Part shown: positions 24,871-36,254 of the stretch, piece by piece
How the letters are laid out: each line of letters begins with the position of its first letter
Numbering within the stretch: position 1 is the stretch's first letter
Origin: Chiloscyllium plagiosum
Lineage: Eukaryota
Direction of reading: 5' to 3'
Length of the DNA: 64,000 nt
NCBI RefSeq assembly: GCF_004010195.1
Contig: NC_057718.1
Location: 94,302,617-94,366,616 of the forward strand
Program-made: the position numbers and the translations under genes
The notes under the pieces: generated by a model
Told to the model about the DNA's origin: nothing
The model's input: the letters and a program-made list of their open reading frames with translations, nothing else
Databases searched by the model: none

Positions 24871-25945
24871 AGGAGAAAGTGAAGTCTGCAGATGCTGGAG
24901 ATCAAAGTCAAAAAGTGTGGCACTGGTAAAGCACAGCCGGCCAGGCCGCATTGGAGGAACAGGAGAGTCGATGTTTTGGGCATGAGCTCTTCGTGGGGCA
25001 GGGATGAGGTCTCAGAAATAAATATATGTGGGGCTTTGGGGGTGGGCTGGGGGGATTGTCGCTTGGAATGTGGGAGGTAGATGCAGGTGAAGGGTGATGG
25101 TGATAGGTTGGAGCAGAATGTGATGTGGATTGGTGGGAAGGAAGATGGACAGGTTCAACAGTTCAAAAGGGCGTTGCCGAGTTGGATCCGGGATGAGGTG
25201 GGGGCAAGGGGAGATCAGGAAACTGGTGAAATTGTCATTGATGCTGTGTGGTTGGAGGGTCACAAGGTGGAAGATGAGGTGTCCTTCCTCCAGGCGCGGG
25301 TGGCTAGGATCTGGTGATGGAGGAGGCCCAGGACTTGCACGTCCTTTATGGAGAGTTGGGGGGGGGAGTTGAAATGGTCAGCCACAGGGCGATGGCGCTG
25401 TATGGTGCTTGTGTTCCAGGGTGGCACGGTGGCTCAGTGGTTAGCACTGCTGCCTCACAGCTCCAGGGACCAGGGATCAATTCCCACCTCGGGCAACTCT
25501 CCGTGTGGAGTTTGCACATTCTCCCCGTGTCTGCGTGGGTTTCCTCCGGTGCTCCGGTTTCCTCCCACAGTCCAAAGGTTAGGTGAATTGGCCATGCTAA
25601 ATTGCCCATAGTGTTAGGTGCATTAGTCAGGGGTGAGTGTAGTGGAATCGGTCTGGGTGAGTTATTCTTCAGAGGGTCGGTGTGGACTTGTTGGGCCGAA
25701 GGGCCTGTTTCCACACTGTAGGGAATCTTAAAAAAAAGAACATCTCTTGAACTGTCCTACCTGTCCATCTTCCTTCCCACCGATCCGCTCCACCCTCCAC
25801 TCTGATCTATCACCATCACCCTCCACCTGCATTTCCCTATTGCCTTCCAAGTACCCTTCTCCCTAGCCCCATCCCCATTTATCTTTCAGCCCCCTTCCCA
25901 CCTCCACATTCCTGATGAAGGACTTATGACCACAATGGTGACTCT
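24871..25945. mobile_element. Penelope-like insertion with inverted arms, containing an HE1 SINE
   Basis: Starts AGGAGAAAGTGA; 25745-25945 is inverted relative to 25020-25170 and ends in CCTGATGAAGG; flanks CTGTTTCCAAAA / CTGTTCCAAAA. Confidence 0.8.
25419..25728 (+). mobile_element. HE1 SINE
   Basis: A box, core and LINE-derived 3' end. Confidence 0.9.
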
Positions 25946-26951
25946 CTGTATGCAAAGATACTGTTCCAAAACATAATAATCTTATGGTCCTCATATTACA
26001 AGGATATTAAATGAAAACTGACTTTTGGGTCAGTTATACAGAGTTCCGAGTTAATAAATCTCTTCCTCTCCCCATCAGATAATTTTAGGAAACACAACAT
26101 AATGATGTAAGATCCCCTAATGAGGTTGAAAGGTTCCAGTCTCGATATCCATGGCACACAACAAGTTGGGTACAGTTTCATAAAATTGGGTATATTTATT
26201 AAACTACTGAGTAATAATATTGTAAAATGAGAATGATTATTAGAAATCTGACAAACCAATATTTGTTACAGGTAATCAATCCATCATCAGAATTTCTGAA
26301 TCTTTTCATGAGTGGGAGACCAAACTGTTCTTCCTGGCTACAACAGTGAGTTGAATCCGAAAATTTTTCTTTACAGTTTTTCTTTGCTTCGATTGTGCAC
26401 TATGTCGAGTGGCTAATGGTTGGTTTTGTTGTCTCTAATTTTGTTCCAAATTATGTCAAAGTCCTTTTCTAAGACATGATTCTTTTCTCTCTAGCCTTGC
26501 TTTGAAGATTAACCTTAACAAAAACAAGCTGCTGTCTGAGGTCTTATCTCCAACTCACTTATCTTTATGGCCACAGAGAAAATACACTTCCCTCACAGCT
26601 CCAACACAGTTTAAACATTGTTTTGCAGACATTTAGCAAATAAATCTGTGCCTTGACCGTTATCTTCTTGCCTTGCCTTCCTGTTCTCATACTCACGATA
26701 TAGTTCTGCTGTCAGAGTCTAAATTTCTTCTTCAATGTTCCAGTCACCAGAATTTCACCACAACCTGTCACATTCATTGACATCAAATAGAGAAAAGAGC
26801 AGTTAAATCATTTAAAGTGATTAACAGAAAAGTTAGTAATACATTAGTTTACAGAGCTGATTGTGTTTGAGTTTGTGGCAATGGATGTGTGGGTTTTGGC
26901 TCACATTGGGCAAATAGTCTCTGCTTTTCTCTCTCTCTCTCTCCCCACCAT

Positions 26952-27207
26952 GGGTGACATGGTGGCTCAATGGTGAGCTCTACTACCTCACAGTGATAGG
27001 GATACAGGTTTGATACCAGCCTTGGTAACTATTTGTGTGGAGTTTGCACATTCGCCCTGTGTCTGTGTGGGTTTTCCTCCCACTCTCACAAAGATGTGCA
27101 GGTGAGGTGGCTTAGCCATGGGCTATGCAAGGTTACAGGGGAGTAGGTGGTGTGAACTCAAGGAGCTGAGTGGCCTGTTTCCACACTGCAGGGATTCTAT
27201 GATTCTA
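26952..27207 (+). mobile_element. HE1-related SINE, diverged
   Basis: GGTGGCTCAATGG, GTGTGGAGTTTGCAC, GGCCTGTTTCCACACTG. Confidence 0.8.
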
Positions 27208-27844
27208 CTTGTATTTACTGCTTCAAGATGCTGCTCTAAACCTTTCTAGCAAGCCTTCACTCACTTATCTCTAATATCTATTCATGTGGCTAAGTGTCAA
27301 ATTTTGTATCTGCCATGCATCTCAGAAAATTCTTCTAGATTTCAGATACTTAATTAATGCAAGTTGTTGTTCAAATGGATCTCAGCAAAAATGGCTTGGG
27401 GCTCAACTTTCCTGTTCAATTTTGTTTGTAGTTGGGCCATTTCCTTCTTTACCTAATTTATAATAAAATTTCTTTGTATGGCATCATTGTATAATAAGCC
27501 ACAAACCATGAAGGTTTGGAGGGATATGGACTAGGAGGAGGCAAATGGGACTAGTTTAGTTTGAGATTATTTTAGGCATGAACTGGTTGGACCAAAGGGT
27601 CTGTTTCCATGTTTTTGACTCTATGACTCTAGCATTATCAATATATTTGAGCAATTGATGAGGCTACACATTAACTGTCAACTGAACTACCTAAATATCT
27701 AAGCTATTGTTACCATGTTCTAGTACATGATGGTTACGTGAATTTTACATATACTCAAGGCAGTCATAATAAGAGCTAAGACTGGTTGGTATTCTTTAAC
27801 AATGATCCTACCAATAAATTGATACAATATGATGGCAACATAGC

Positions 27845-28885
27845 AGCATAGGAGCGGGAGAAGATCATCCAGTCCATTGAGCCAGCTACACCAGTAAGAT
27901 CATGGCTGATCATCTACTTCATTGCCACTCGTCTGTGCTATCTTCAGGTCCTTAGATGCCCTTAGTCTGTAGAAATTTATCGATTTCTGTTTTTCATATG
28001 TTCAATGATTGAGATTCCACAGCATTCTGGGGCAGAAAATTCCAAAGATTGATGAGCATTTTCAGTAATTAAATTCCTTCTCATTCCAGTCTTTAAATAG
28101 ACAGCCCCTTGCCTGATTATTGTTCCTTGGTTTTACCAACCAGGGGTTGCATCTGAAATGTACTTACCCTGGCTTGTTCTATAAGAATTTTGTAAGTTTC
28201 AATGAGGTGGCCCCTCATCCTTTGGAACTCTAAGGAATACACACCCAGTTTCCTCAATCTCTCCTCATAAAACAATCCTGCCATTCTAGGGATTAACCTG
28301 GTGAACCACTGCCATACTTTCACGATGGCAAGTATATCTTTTCTTAGATAAGGGGACTAAAGCTGTCCATAATACTGCAGGTGCGCTCTCATCAAGGTTC
28401 TAAAAACTGGAGCAAGACATCTTTACTCCTTGAAATGAAGGCCAGTATATCACTTCCCCTCTTAACTGCTTGCTGCATGTGCATATTAGCTTTTAGTGAC
28501 TCATGAGCAAGGATAGTCAGATTCCTTTGTTCACCTGTACTTCCTAATCCCTCATCATCCAAGACGTATTCTGTTTTTCATATACCAACACTTATTCATA
28601 TTGTACTCCATCTGCCATGTTCTGATCCAGTCACTTAGCCTGTCCAGATCCTCTTGAGAAGCCTTTTTACATGCTCCTCTCAACTTAGTCACCTGACCAG
28701 TTTGATCAAGTTGGAGACACTAAAATTGGTCGCTACATTCAAATCATTTGCATCGATTATAGATATCTGTGGATCTAACACTGATCTTGGTGGTATCCCA
28801 CTAGTAACAGAACATCAACTTGAGAAAGATCTGCTAATTCCTACTCTCTATTTTCAGGCTGTTGACCAATTCTCAGTCCATACAG
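27845..28885 (-). mobile_element. Old CR1 3' fragment
   Basis: FTRLIPRMAGLFYEERLRKLGVYSLEFQRMRGHLIETYKIL. Confidence 0.85.
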
Positions 28886-28900
28886 GTATATTTCCTCAGT

Positions 28901-29081
28901 CGAGAGTGTGGTGCTGGAAAAGCACAGCAGGTCAGGCAGCATCCAAGGAGCAAGAGAATCGACATTTTGGGCATAAATCCTTTATCAGTTCTCCTGCTCC
29001 TTGGAAGCTACCTGACCTGCTGTGTTTTTCCAGCACTACACCTCGACTCTAAGCTCCAGCATCTGCAGTCCTCACTTTCTC
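28901..29081. mobile_element. Inverted (foldback) Penelope terminus insertion
   Basis: Two opposed copies of the terminal repeat; perfect 15-bp TSD GTATATTTCCTCAGT (28886-28900, 29082-29096). Confidence 0.9.
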
Positions 29082-30069
29082 GTATATTTCCTCAGTGTCA
29101 TATGCTCTCATGTAACTGCCTTCTAGAAAGTGAGCATTTGCATCCCTAACTTGACAGATGTGACTCAATTACATGTGCTTTTCTCTTTAGGAAGTTTATA
29201 GATCTGTGGGTAAGGTCCCACAGGCACAATGTCAATGATACCCAACACATTAAGGAAAACTATCACATGGAAAAGTTTGATCTCTTCCAGAGTACAGTTG
29301 CACAGGTATTAGGGTTAACTCACTTTCATTTTGGTGAAACTCATAGAGCTGTCACGTTGGACAATGTTAGTTTCTCCAGTTGGAAATCTCATTTTACAAG
29401 GTAGTAGAACTTACTTTATCTATAGCAATTTGGCATTTCTTGGATGCACACTGAAGTGTGAATTGCATTTAATGTCACTTTGATTTTTAAAACCTTTTAT
29501 CGTTTTTACAATGGAGACACAAATGCCAACTTTCCAATTTCTATTCCAAGGACATTCCATTTTCAAAGTGCACAAACCCCATCTAAACTGTTCCAGATTT
29601 ACCTAAAGCCCCCTCCAGAATGCATAATGAACGCCAGCTAAAGATCCTGTCTCCTGCTCCATTATTGGAACCCTCTTTGAATCTTCCTTCCTAAAGCCTG
29701 TGAAGCAAGAGAGTCAGTTGATGTGTTAAACACATGCATTTTTGTCATTAAAGAAGAGAAGATTAAAGGCGAACTTTCTCTCACCCAGATGGAAGTGGGA
29801 ATCTTGGATGCACTGCCTGCGAGGGGAATTGAGGCAGGAAACTTCAGCATCTTTAAAAAGTACATGGATCAACACTTGAAATGTTATAATTCCATGCTGT
29901 CTGAACCTATGACAGTTAAAATCCCATTCTCCCTCCTGAGCACCTATTTTCACTTCCAACTGAATGAAGAAGTGAATCCTGGGATCTGATTATTTTCCAA
30001 CATCAACAGGAGATTTATATTAAAAATCATGATGTGATTTTTTTTTCAGATTTTTCTTCAAATAATTGA

Positions 30070-30845
30070 ATGACAGATGGAGTTTAATATAGGCATGCAT
30101 GAGGTAATGCAATTTGGGAGGTCAAGTGCAAGAGAAAGGTAGACAGTAAATGGCAGGTCCCTGAGGAGCATTGATACACAAAGGGATCTTGGGGTACAAG
30201 ACCATAGCTTCCTGAAAGTGGCAACACAAATGGATAAGATGGTAAAGAAGGCATGCTTGCCTTCATCAATCAGTGCATTGAGCATTAATGTTGGCAAGTT
30301 ATGATGCGGCTGCATTTAGTTAGTAGGCCACATTTGGAGTATTGTGTGCAGTTCTAGTTGCCATATCACTGGAAGCAAGTGGAGGCTTTGGAGAGGGTAC
30401 AAAACAGGTTTACCTGATGCTACCTGGATTGGAGCATATTTGCTACAAGGAGAGACTGGTTAAACTTAGATTATTTTTGCAAGAGCATCACAGACTGAGG
30501 GGGTGACCCTAAAGAAGTATAGAAAATTGAGAGAAGCGTAGATAGGGTGGATGGTTGGAGTCTTTTTCCCATGGTGGAAATGTCAAATACTAGGGAGCAT
30601 AGGTTTAAAGTGCGAGATCAGTTTTTGTTTTATTCAGCGGTTGAAAGGGGAGGTGGTCAAAGCAGGGACATGTTAGCAACATTTAAGAGGCATTTTGACA
30701 GACACATGGACAGGCAGGGGATAGAGGGCTATGGACCATGCGCAGGTAGGTGGGATTAGTTTAGAATGGCATCATGGTTTGCACAGACATGGTGGGCCGA
30801 AGGGCCTTTTCCTGCACTGTACTGGTCTGCGATCTCTGTTCTATG
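30070..30845 (+). mobile_element. CR1/HER1 3' fragment
   Basis: RDLGVQ..RPHLEYCVQF..REHRFKVR; TGGGCCGAAGGGCC 3' UTR. Confidence 0.85.
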
Positions 30846-31487
30846 TACAACACAAGCAAGGTAAGTAAATGTCACAATACGGAGAAGGACAATCATGGAC
30901 TGAAAAGCTGGAACCGAGTACAGCATTCCTGCACCTTCTCTCTCCCACAAAAGGAAGTAAATAAAACTTATTCTGAATAATCTTCCAGTCTACATTGGAC
31001 ATGCCATTACCTGACAGCAAGAGCAAAGCTACTACCTCACTCAGGTCAGCGTCAATCAATTTGGAGAGACAGGTTCTCACATTTTCATTTATTACACCAT
31101 TAGCAAAACATTCTCAAACGGACAGGATGTCAGAAGAAAGCACGACGTCCCATTTGACAAACTCTATGACAGACTGGGCATTCCAAACTATCTGAAGCAT
31201 TTGCTGCCCTTGTCACTTTCCACAGCAATAAAGTCAGAATTAAAAGCATTCACATCTGCAATCACGTAATGTACCTCCCATTTCACAGGTGCTCCGTCAC
31301 ATTGAAAAGCCCGATTGTGATCTCGGACATAGTTACCTTAGCCAGAATGAATGCAAAGCATATTGCTGGCATGTTAAAGCACAAAAATCAGAGGGATTTG
31401 TATTTCCTTATAGCTCAGCAATTGTGCCCAAAATAATCTTCACCTGCAGAATTTCTCAGGGGACTGTATGGATTGAAATGGAATATA

Positions 31488-31836
31488 GTCATAGAGGCAT
31501 AGAGTCATAGAGATGTACAGCACAGAAACAGACTCTTCAGTCTAACCCGTCCATGCTGACCAGATATTCCAACCCAATCTAGTCCCACCTGCCAGCACCC
31601 GGCCCATAATTTTATAAACCTCTATTAGGTCACCCCTCAGCCTCTGACGCTCCAGAGAAAACAGCCCCAACTTATTCAACTCTCCCTATAGCTCATATCC
31701 TCCAATCCTGGCAACATCCTTGTGAATCTTTTCTGAACCCTTTCAAGTTTCACAACATCTTTCAGATAGGAAGGAGACCAGAATTGTATGCAATATTCCA
31801 AAAGTGGCTTAATCGATGTCCTGTACAGCCACAACA
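31488..31836 (-). mobile_element. CR1/HER1 3' fragment with internal deletion
   Basis: (CATAGAG) tail; 31608-31785 matches 4708-4886. Confidence 0.85.
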
Positions 31837-32546
31837 CGAAAGGCCCACCACTCATCCCTAGCCAGCAACTTGGCAGAGACAGATAAGGAACAAAATGGGG
31901 AAAGAAAATAAGGGAAGCAAAATTAAAATGATGGAGATAAATTTTGCAATTTCTGGAGATGCTTCCAGAAATTGCAAAATCTGGATCCAGTAAAAGTTTT
32001 GCTGCAAATTGTTCCCAGAAAGAGTATGCTGTATTTTTCCATTTGCTGTAACTAAGCTGTTATGATGCTTTTTTTCGTCATTATTAGCTTCACAGCCCAT
32101 TTGCACAAAAGATGCCCTCAGTTAATGAAAAGAAAAAGCTCCACATCCAATTCACAATATCATGACCGAGCGAAGAACTTGCACTCACATAGCATCTTCC
32201 ACGACCTCAGGTGGTCACAAAGAGCTTTCTGATCAATTAAGTCTGTCTGAAGTGTACTCTGCTCTTCTGTAGGAAAGAATTACATAATAGTCTGCTTGGC
32301 GAGTCTGTAATGCATGCTTTTTTCTGCAGCTTAGCCTATTCTGTCAAAATTTTCCTTCATTAAGAACACCACATGAATGGGAAACTGGTGGTGCACTTTA
32401 TATACCCTAAAGAATAGATGTAAGAGGAAGCTACAGAGGAGGTAAAATGCTGGCAAATGGGACTAGATTAATTTAGGATATCTGGTCAGCATGGACAAGT
32501 TCGACAAAACGGTCTGTATCCATGTTATACATTTCTATGACTCTAA

Positions 32547-33310
32547 GTGTAACTGCCTTGATAAAATGGTAGGTATGACCAAGAAAGGAGTGGTCACCAC
32601 TGCCCGCTCACTAACTGATACTTCTTTATTTCTGAATTAGTTTCGACCATTGATTGAGGGAAGGTGGATTTGCCTGAATGACCAACATATGATGTAGAAT
32701 AATGCCAAAGGCATGTAAACACAGGTAAACTTGGTACCTGCCTCCTTGCCCAGCCCCTGAGACAAGAAAACAATGACAAACCAGTGCTGAGAAAAACTGC
32801 CCAGAGAAATGATATAGGATGAAGCATCAACAAACAATGAGTAAAGGGACTGTCTTCAGGCAGAGAACTCATGATGAGATGGTAGATGTAGGATAACCTG
32901 AGAGGGAACAATCTTATTTTCCATTTCCTGTAACAGGTGCTGGACTCTCCTACATTGTATTTCCATAAGAACAAAGCAGGGGTAGTGTTAATAAGCTTAA
33001 AGGGTATGAGGGTTGAAAAAGGTAATACTGAGCAGTGTCTTAAGTACCAATTATTATGATGTCCATATGGACTTGAAGGAATAACAGTTCAGGGTCTCAA
33101 AAGAGTCAGATTAACCATATGAGTCCTCCTCATAGTCTCTGCAACAAGATCTATCACACCAGGGTATCTTGTACCAAGTTACTATCATACAATAACTAAT
33201 CTTCCATAAGATAAAAGCCTCTTCTTCTACCAAGTGTTTTTTCTCTACAACACGCGACAAAAATTGGTCCAAATTAAGGCAATCCCACAGGTTAAGTTTG
33301 AAGAGATTTA
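32547..33310 (-). pseudogene. Decayed hepadna-like capsid C-terminus / terminal protein / RT1, copy A
   Basis: VIDLVAETMRRT (33122-33157); RKWKIRLFPLRL..LPEDSPFTH; FVDASSYIISL/W (32801-32834); LPSINGRN*FRNKEVSVSERAVV/DHSFLGHTYHFIKAV (32547-32663). Stops and frameshifts present. Confidence 0.6.
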
Positions 33311-33845
33311 CCGGCCTAAATGCTGTTAAAGAACAGACACAAAATCAACATTCTTCAATGCAGAGGACACCCAACCTTCCAAGGCTGAAAATAACCATTC
33401 TGAGCAAATAGTGAAACTGCTGGGCTGCCTGGATTTGGGAGGAGATAAGGTTGTTGTAAATGTAATTCAGTACACAAATGTATCACCTTAAAATTGGAAC
33501 AAAAGCTTGGGCAAGATGTTGTATGAATGTAAAGGTTAATATTGAGCTGTGCCTTAAGCATCACCCATTATGATGATGGAATGTGGGCTTGGTGGTACGG
33601 CAGCTTTGGCTCTCATAGGAGTAATACTTAATTTCTGCGTCCTCTTCATAGTCTCTTTGACAATGTCTACCTCACAGTCATAATTATACATAGTTGCTAC
33701 CATGTAATAAATTCATGTTTAAGACATTAGCCTCCTCTCCCTCTCCTCTAGACTAGCAAGTAGTTTTCCTCTCCCTTGAATCCTTACGAAGGTATCCTTA
33801 TGAAGATAGAGCTAGCAAATCTGACAGATGACATGATCAGCTATG
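33311..33845 (-). pseudogene. Decayed hepadna-like capsid C-terminus / terminal protein, copy B
   Basis: EVDIVKETMKRTQKLSITPMR (33638-33673 and downstream); NLYIHTTSCPSFCSNFKV; LFAQNGYF..WKV/GVLCIEE (33351-33381). Confidence 0.6.
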
Positions 33846-33847
33846 GT

Positions 33848-34258
33848 AAGACCATAAGACCATAAGAAATAGGAGTGGAAGTAAGGCCATTCGGCCCATC
33901 GAGTCCACTCCAACATTCAATCATGTCTCATGGGCATTTCAACGCAACTTATACACACTCTCCCCGTAGCCCTTAATTCCTTGCGAGATCAAGAATTTAT
34001 CAATCTCTGCCTTGAAGACATGTAATGTCCTGGCCTCCACTGCGCTCCATGGCAATAAATTCTACAGGCCCACCACTCTCTGGCTGAAGAAATATCTCCT
34101 CATTTCTGTTCTAAATTGACCCCCTCTAAAACCCCTCCGAGTTCTAATATCTCTGCCTGACGGAAACAATTTCCCAGTGTCCACCCTTTCGAAGCCATGA
34201 ATTACCTTGTAAGTTTCTATTAGATCTCCTCTCAATTTTCTAAACTCTAATGAATACA
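33848..34258 (-). mobile_element. CR1 3' fragment
   Basis: YSLEFRKLRGDLIETYK...FFSQRVVGL; (AAGACCAT) tail. Confidence 0.9.
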
Positions 34259-34269
34259 TGGAATTTGTG

Positions 34270-34510
34270 GGTGGCTTTGAACATTGGCAAGTGTTTTTGG
34301 AATTGGAAGATACAACAATGGATTGTTTTAATTTTTTAACTAAAGCTGAATGGACAGAGTTATCAGATAAATGGAAGGTAAAAGAAAAAGAGGTGTCTCT
34401 TCAAGTTGAGATGCTTCAAGTCATTATCCAACATTTAAACCTGAAATTAGGTTGTCACAACTGGAATTAGCAAAGATACAGTTGGTAATGAGAAAAGAAA
34501 GTGGAATTAG
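34270..34510 (+). mobile_element. Probable Gypsy gag N-terminal remnant
   Basis: FLELEDTT..LTKAEWTELSDK..IIQHLNL../LELAKIQL resembles gag N-termini of fish/shark Gypsy elements as recalled; not verified. Confidence 0.4.
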
Positions 34511-35344
34511 TTTCACAACCCATGGACAGCAAAACACACCAATCAGCCTCCCTATCCCTGCTTTCGCAATGCAGTAACATGAAAACATCAAATGACTCTC
34601 AAAATTATCCCAATGGTTCCTAACTAACCTTTACAAATAACAGATATCAGACATCAAATTTAAACTTAAAATGACAATTAACAATTTATTTTTAATACTG
34701 TGACATTAGCAGAGCAAAGTTAAACAATGAGGTAATCTGATTGAAGTCTATGATTTAAACCCAAATTTCCCTTGAACATAACCCCACTTACACATAGACA
34801 GACAGACACAGTTAAGGGATAAATTGGAAGAAAAATCAAAGAGATGCAACTAGTCAGTTCACTTAAGCAGTTTCAATGATGCACGGTATCACATGAGATT
34901 GTATATTGTTTGATATCTAAAGTCACTGGTCAATGCAAATAACTTCTGGTGTGCTCCAAATAATATTCACTTTTTTTGTATAACTGGGATTCTATTCTCT
35001 AAACTTCCAATAAGATGATAATGGGAGAATAACTAGGAAGCAAAGAAAACACTCCTTTCATTAGCTTTTGCACCACAGCCATTCTGTCTAAAAAAAAATT
35101 GAAACTTTGGTTCCTCTTTCTGTTTCTTCGACATTCTGTTTGTTAGACTGGTCAGCATTACTACTTAAATTGAGAAAGACAGCTTAAAGCTACAGCGCAG
35201 AGGTTTGAGGTTAGCATGAATGTCTCAACTTCCTAATTTTTTCAAGGGTGCTGACCCTCAGGTTAAATTCACCTCTACCAGTCATCTCTATCTCTGATGA
35301 GAGAGCAACCCTACGGTCCTTTGGGACTATGGCGACTTTACCCT

Positions 35345-35750
35345 AGTGCATAAATCACAAAAAAGCTGGCATACAAGTTCAACAGGGAAAGCAAAACAAA
35401 TGTTAACCTTCAAAGAGAATGGAGTATAGAAGTGGGACATGTTCATAAAACTATACAAGGCACTAGTCAGACCACGGCTGGAATGTTCTGAACATTTTTG
35501 ATCCCCTGATCTAAAGAAAGATATTCTTGCATTGAACGCAGTGCAGAGAAAATTCTCTAGGTTGATCTTAGGTATGGAGGGATTTTCTTACAAGGAGAGA
35601 TTGAGCCATTTGGGCCTGTACCAATTGAAGATTGGAAAAATAGGAAATTACCTTATTGAAACAAAAAAAATTCTTAGGAGGTTTGAAAAGTTAGAAGCTA
35701 AACTATTGTTTCCCCTTGTGGGACAGTTTAGGAGCAGACACGCTCTCAAA
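35345..35750 (+). mobile_element. CR1 ORF2 fragment
   Basis: LYKALVRPRLEC..VQRKFSRLILGMEGFSYKERL. Confidence 0.85.
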
Positions 35751-36254
35751 TAATTCTTCCACATTTTACAAACCCTATGAAAGAACTGTGTTTCTCTGGA
35801 GATTTTGGCAAGCCAAAATCATTGAATATTAATCTTTGATATTTGGCATTTTACTGTGGGAAAGGCTGTAGTGTTCTGAAGTGATCTTGGCAACAAAAGT
35901 TGTCACGAGCAGTGAGAATTGTAGGGCTGTAAAATGCAAGTTCGGTGCCAACTTCACAATTTGAGACAAAATCAAAGACACTTAATAAGTTTGGATGAGT
36001 TTCTTCCTTGTTTGCTTCAGACTGTGTAGGATAAGCAAGAGTGTGCTGTATTTAGATTGCACTCACAGGCTGAGTTTAAGCCAAATAGGGAATCTGCTAA
36101 TCATGGAAGTACTTTCATAGCAATGTTCTCAGTTCCATTGTCACGGCATTAACAATTGGGAACAATCTGAGGAATACGAAGCAAAATTAGATATTATAGT
36201 TTAGAAGGTAATTTTTCAGCAAATAGCCAGTGCAGCGTTCTGTATGGTAGACTC

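Noticed and set aside
25990..26760. Possible decayed coding sequence
   Set aside because: No motif recognised in any frame.
29191..29209. 19-nt micro-exon with good splice signals
   Set aside because: Frame-shifting length and no support; such matches arise by chance in 64 kb.
32637..32837. FVDAS as an RNase H motif
   Set aside because: No other RNase H residues; position fits the region before the T3-like motif better.
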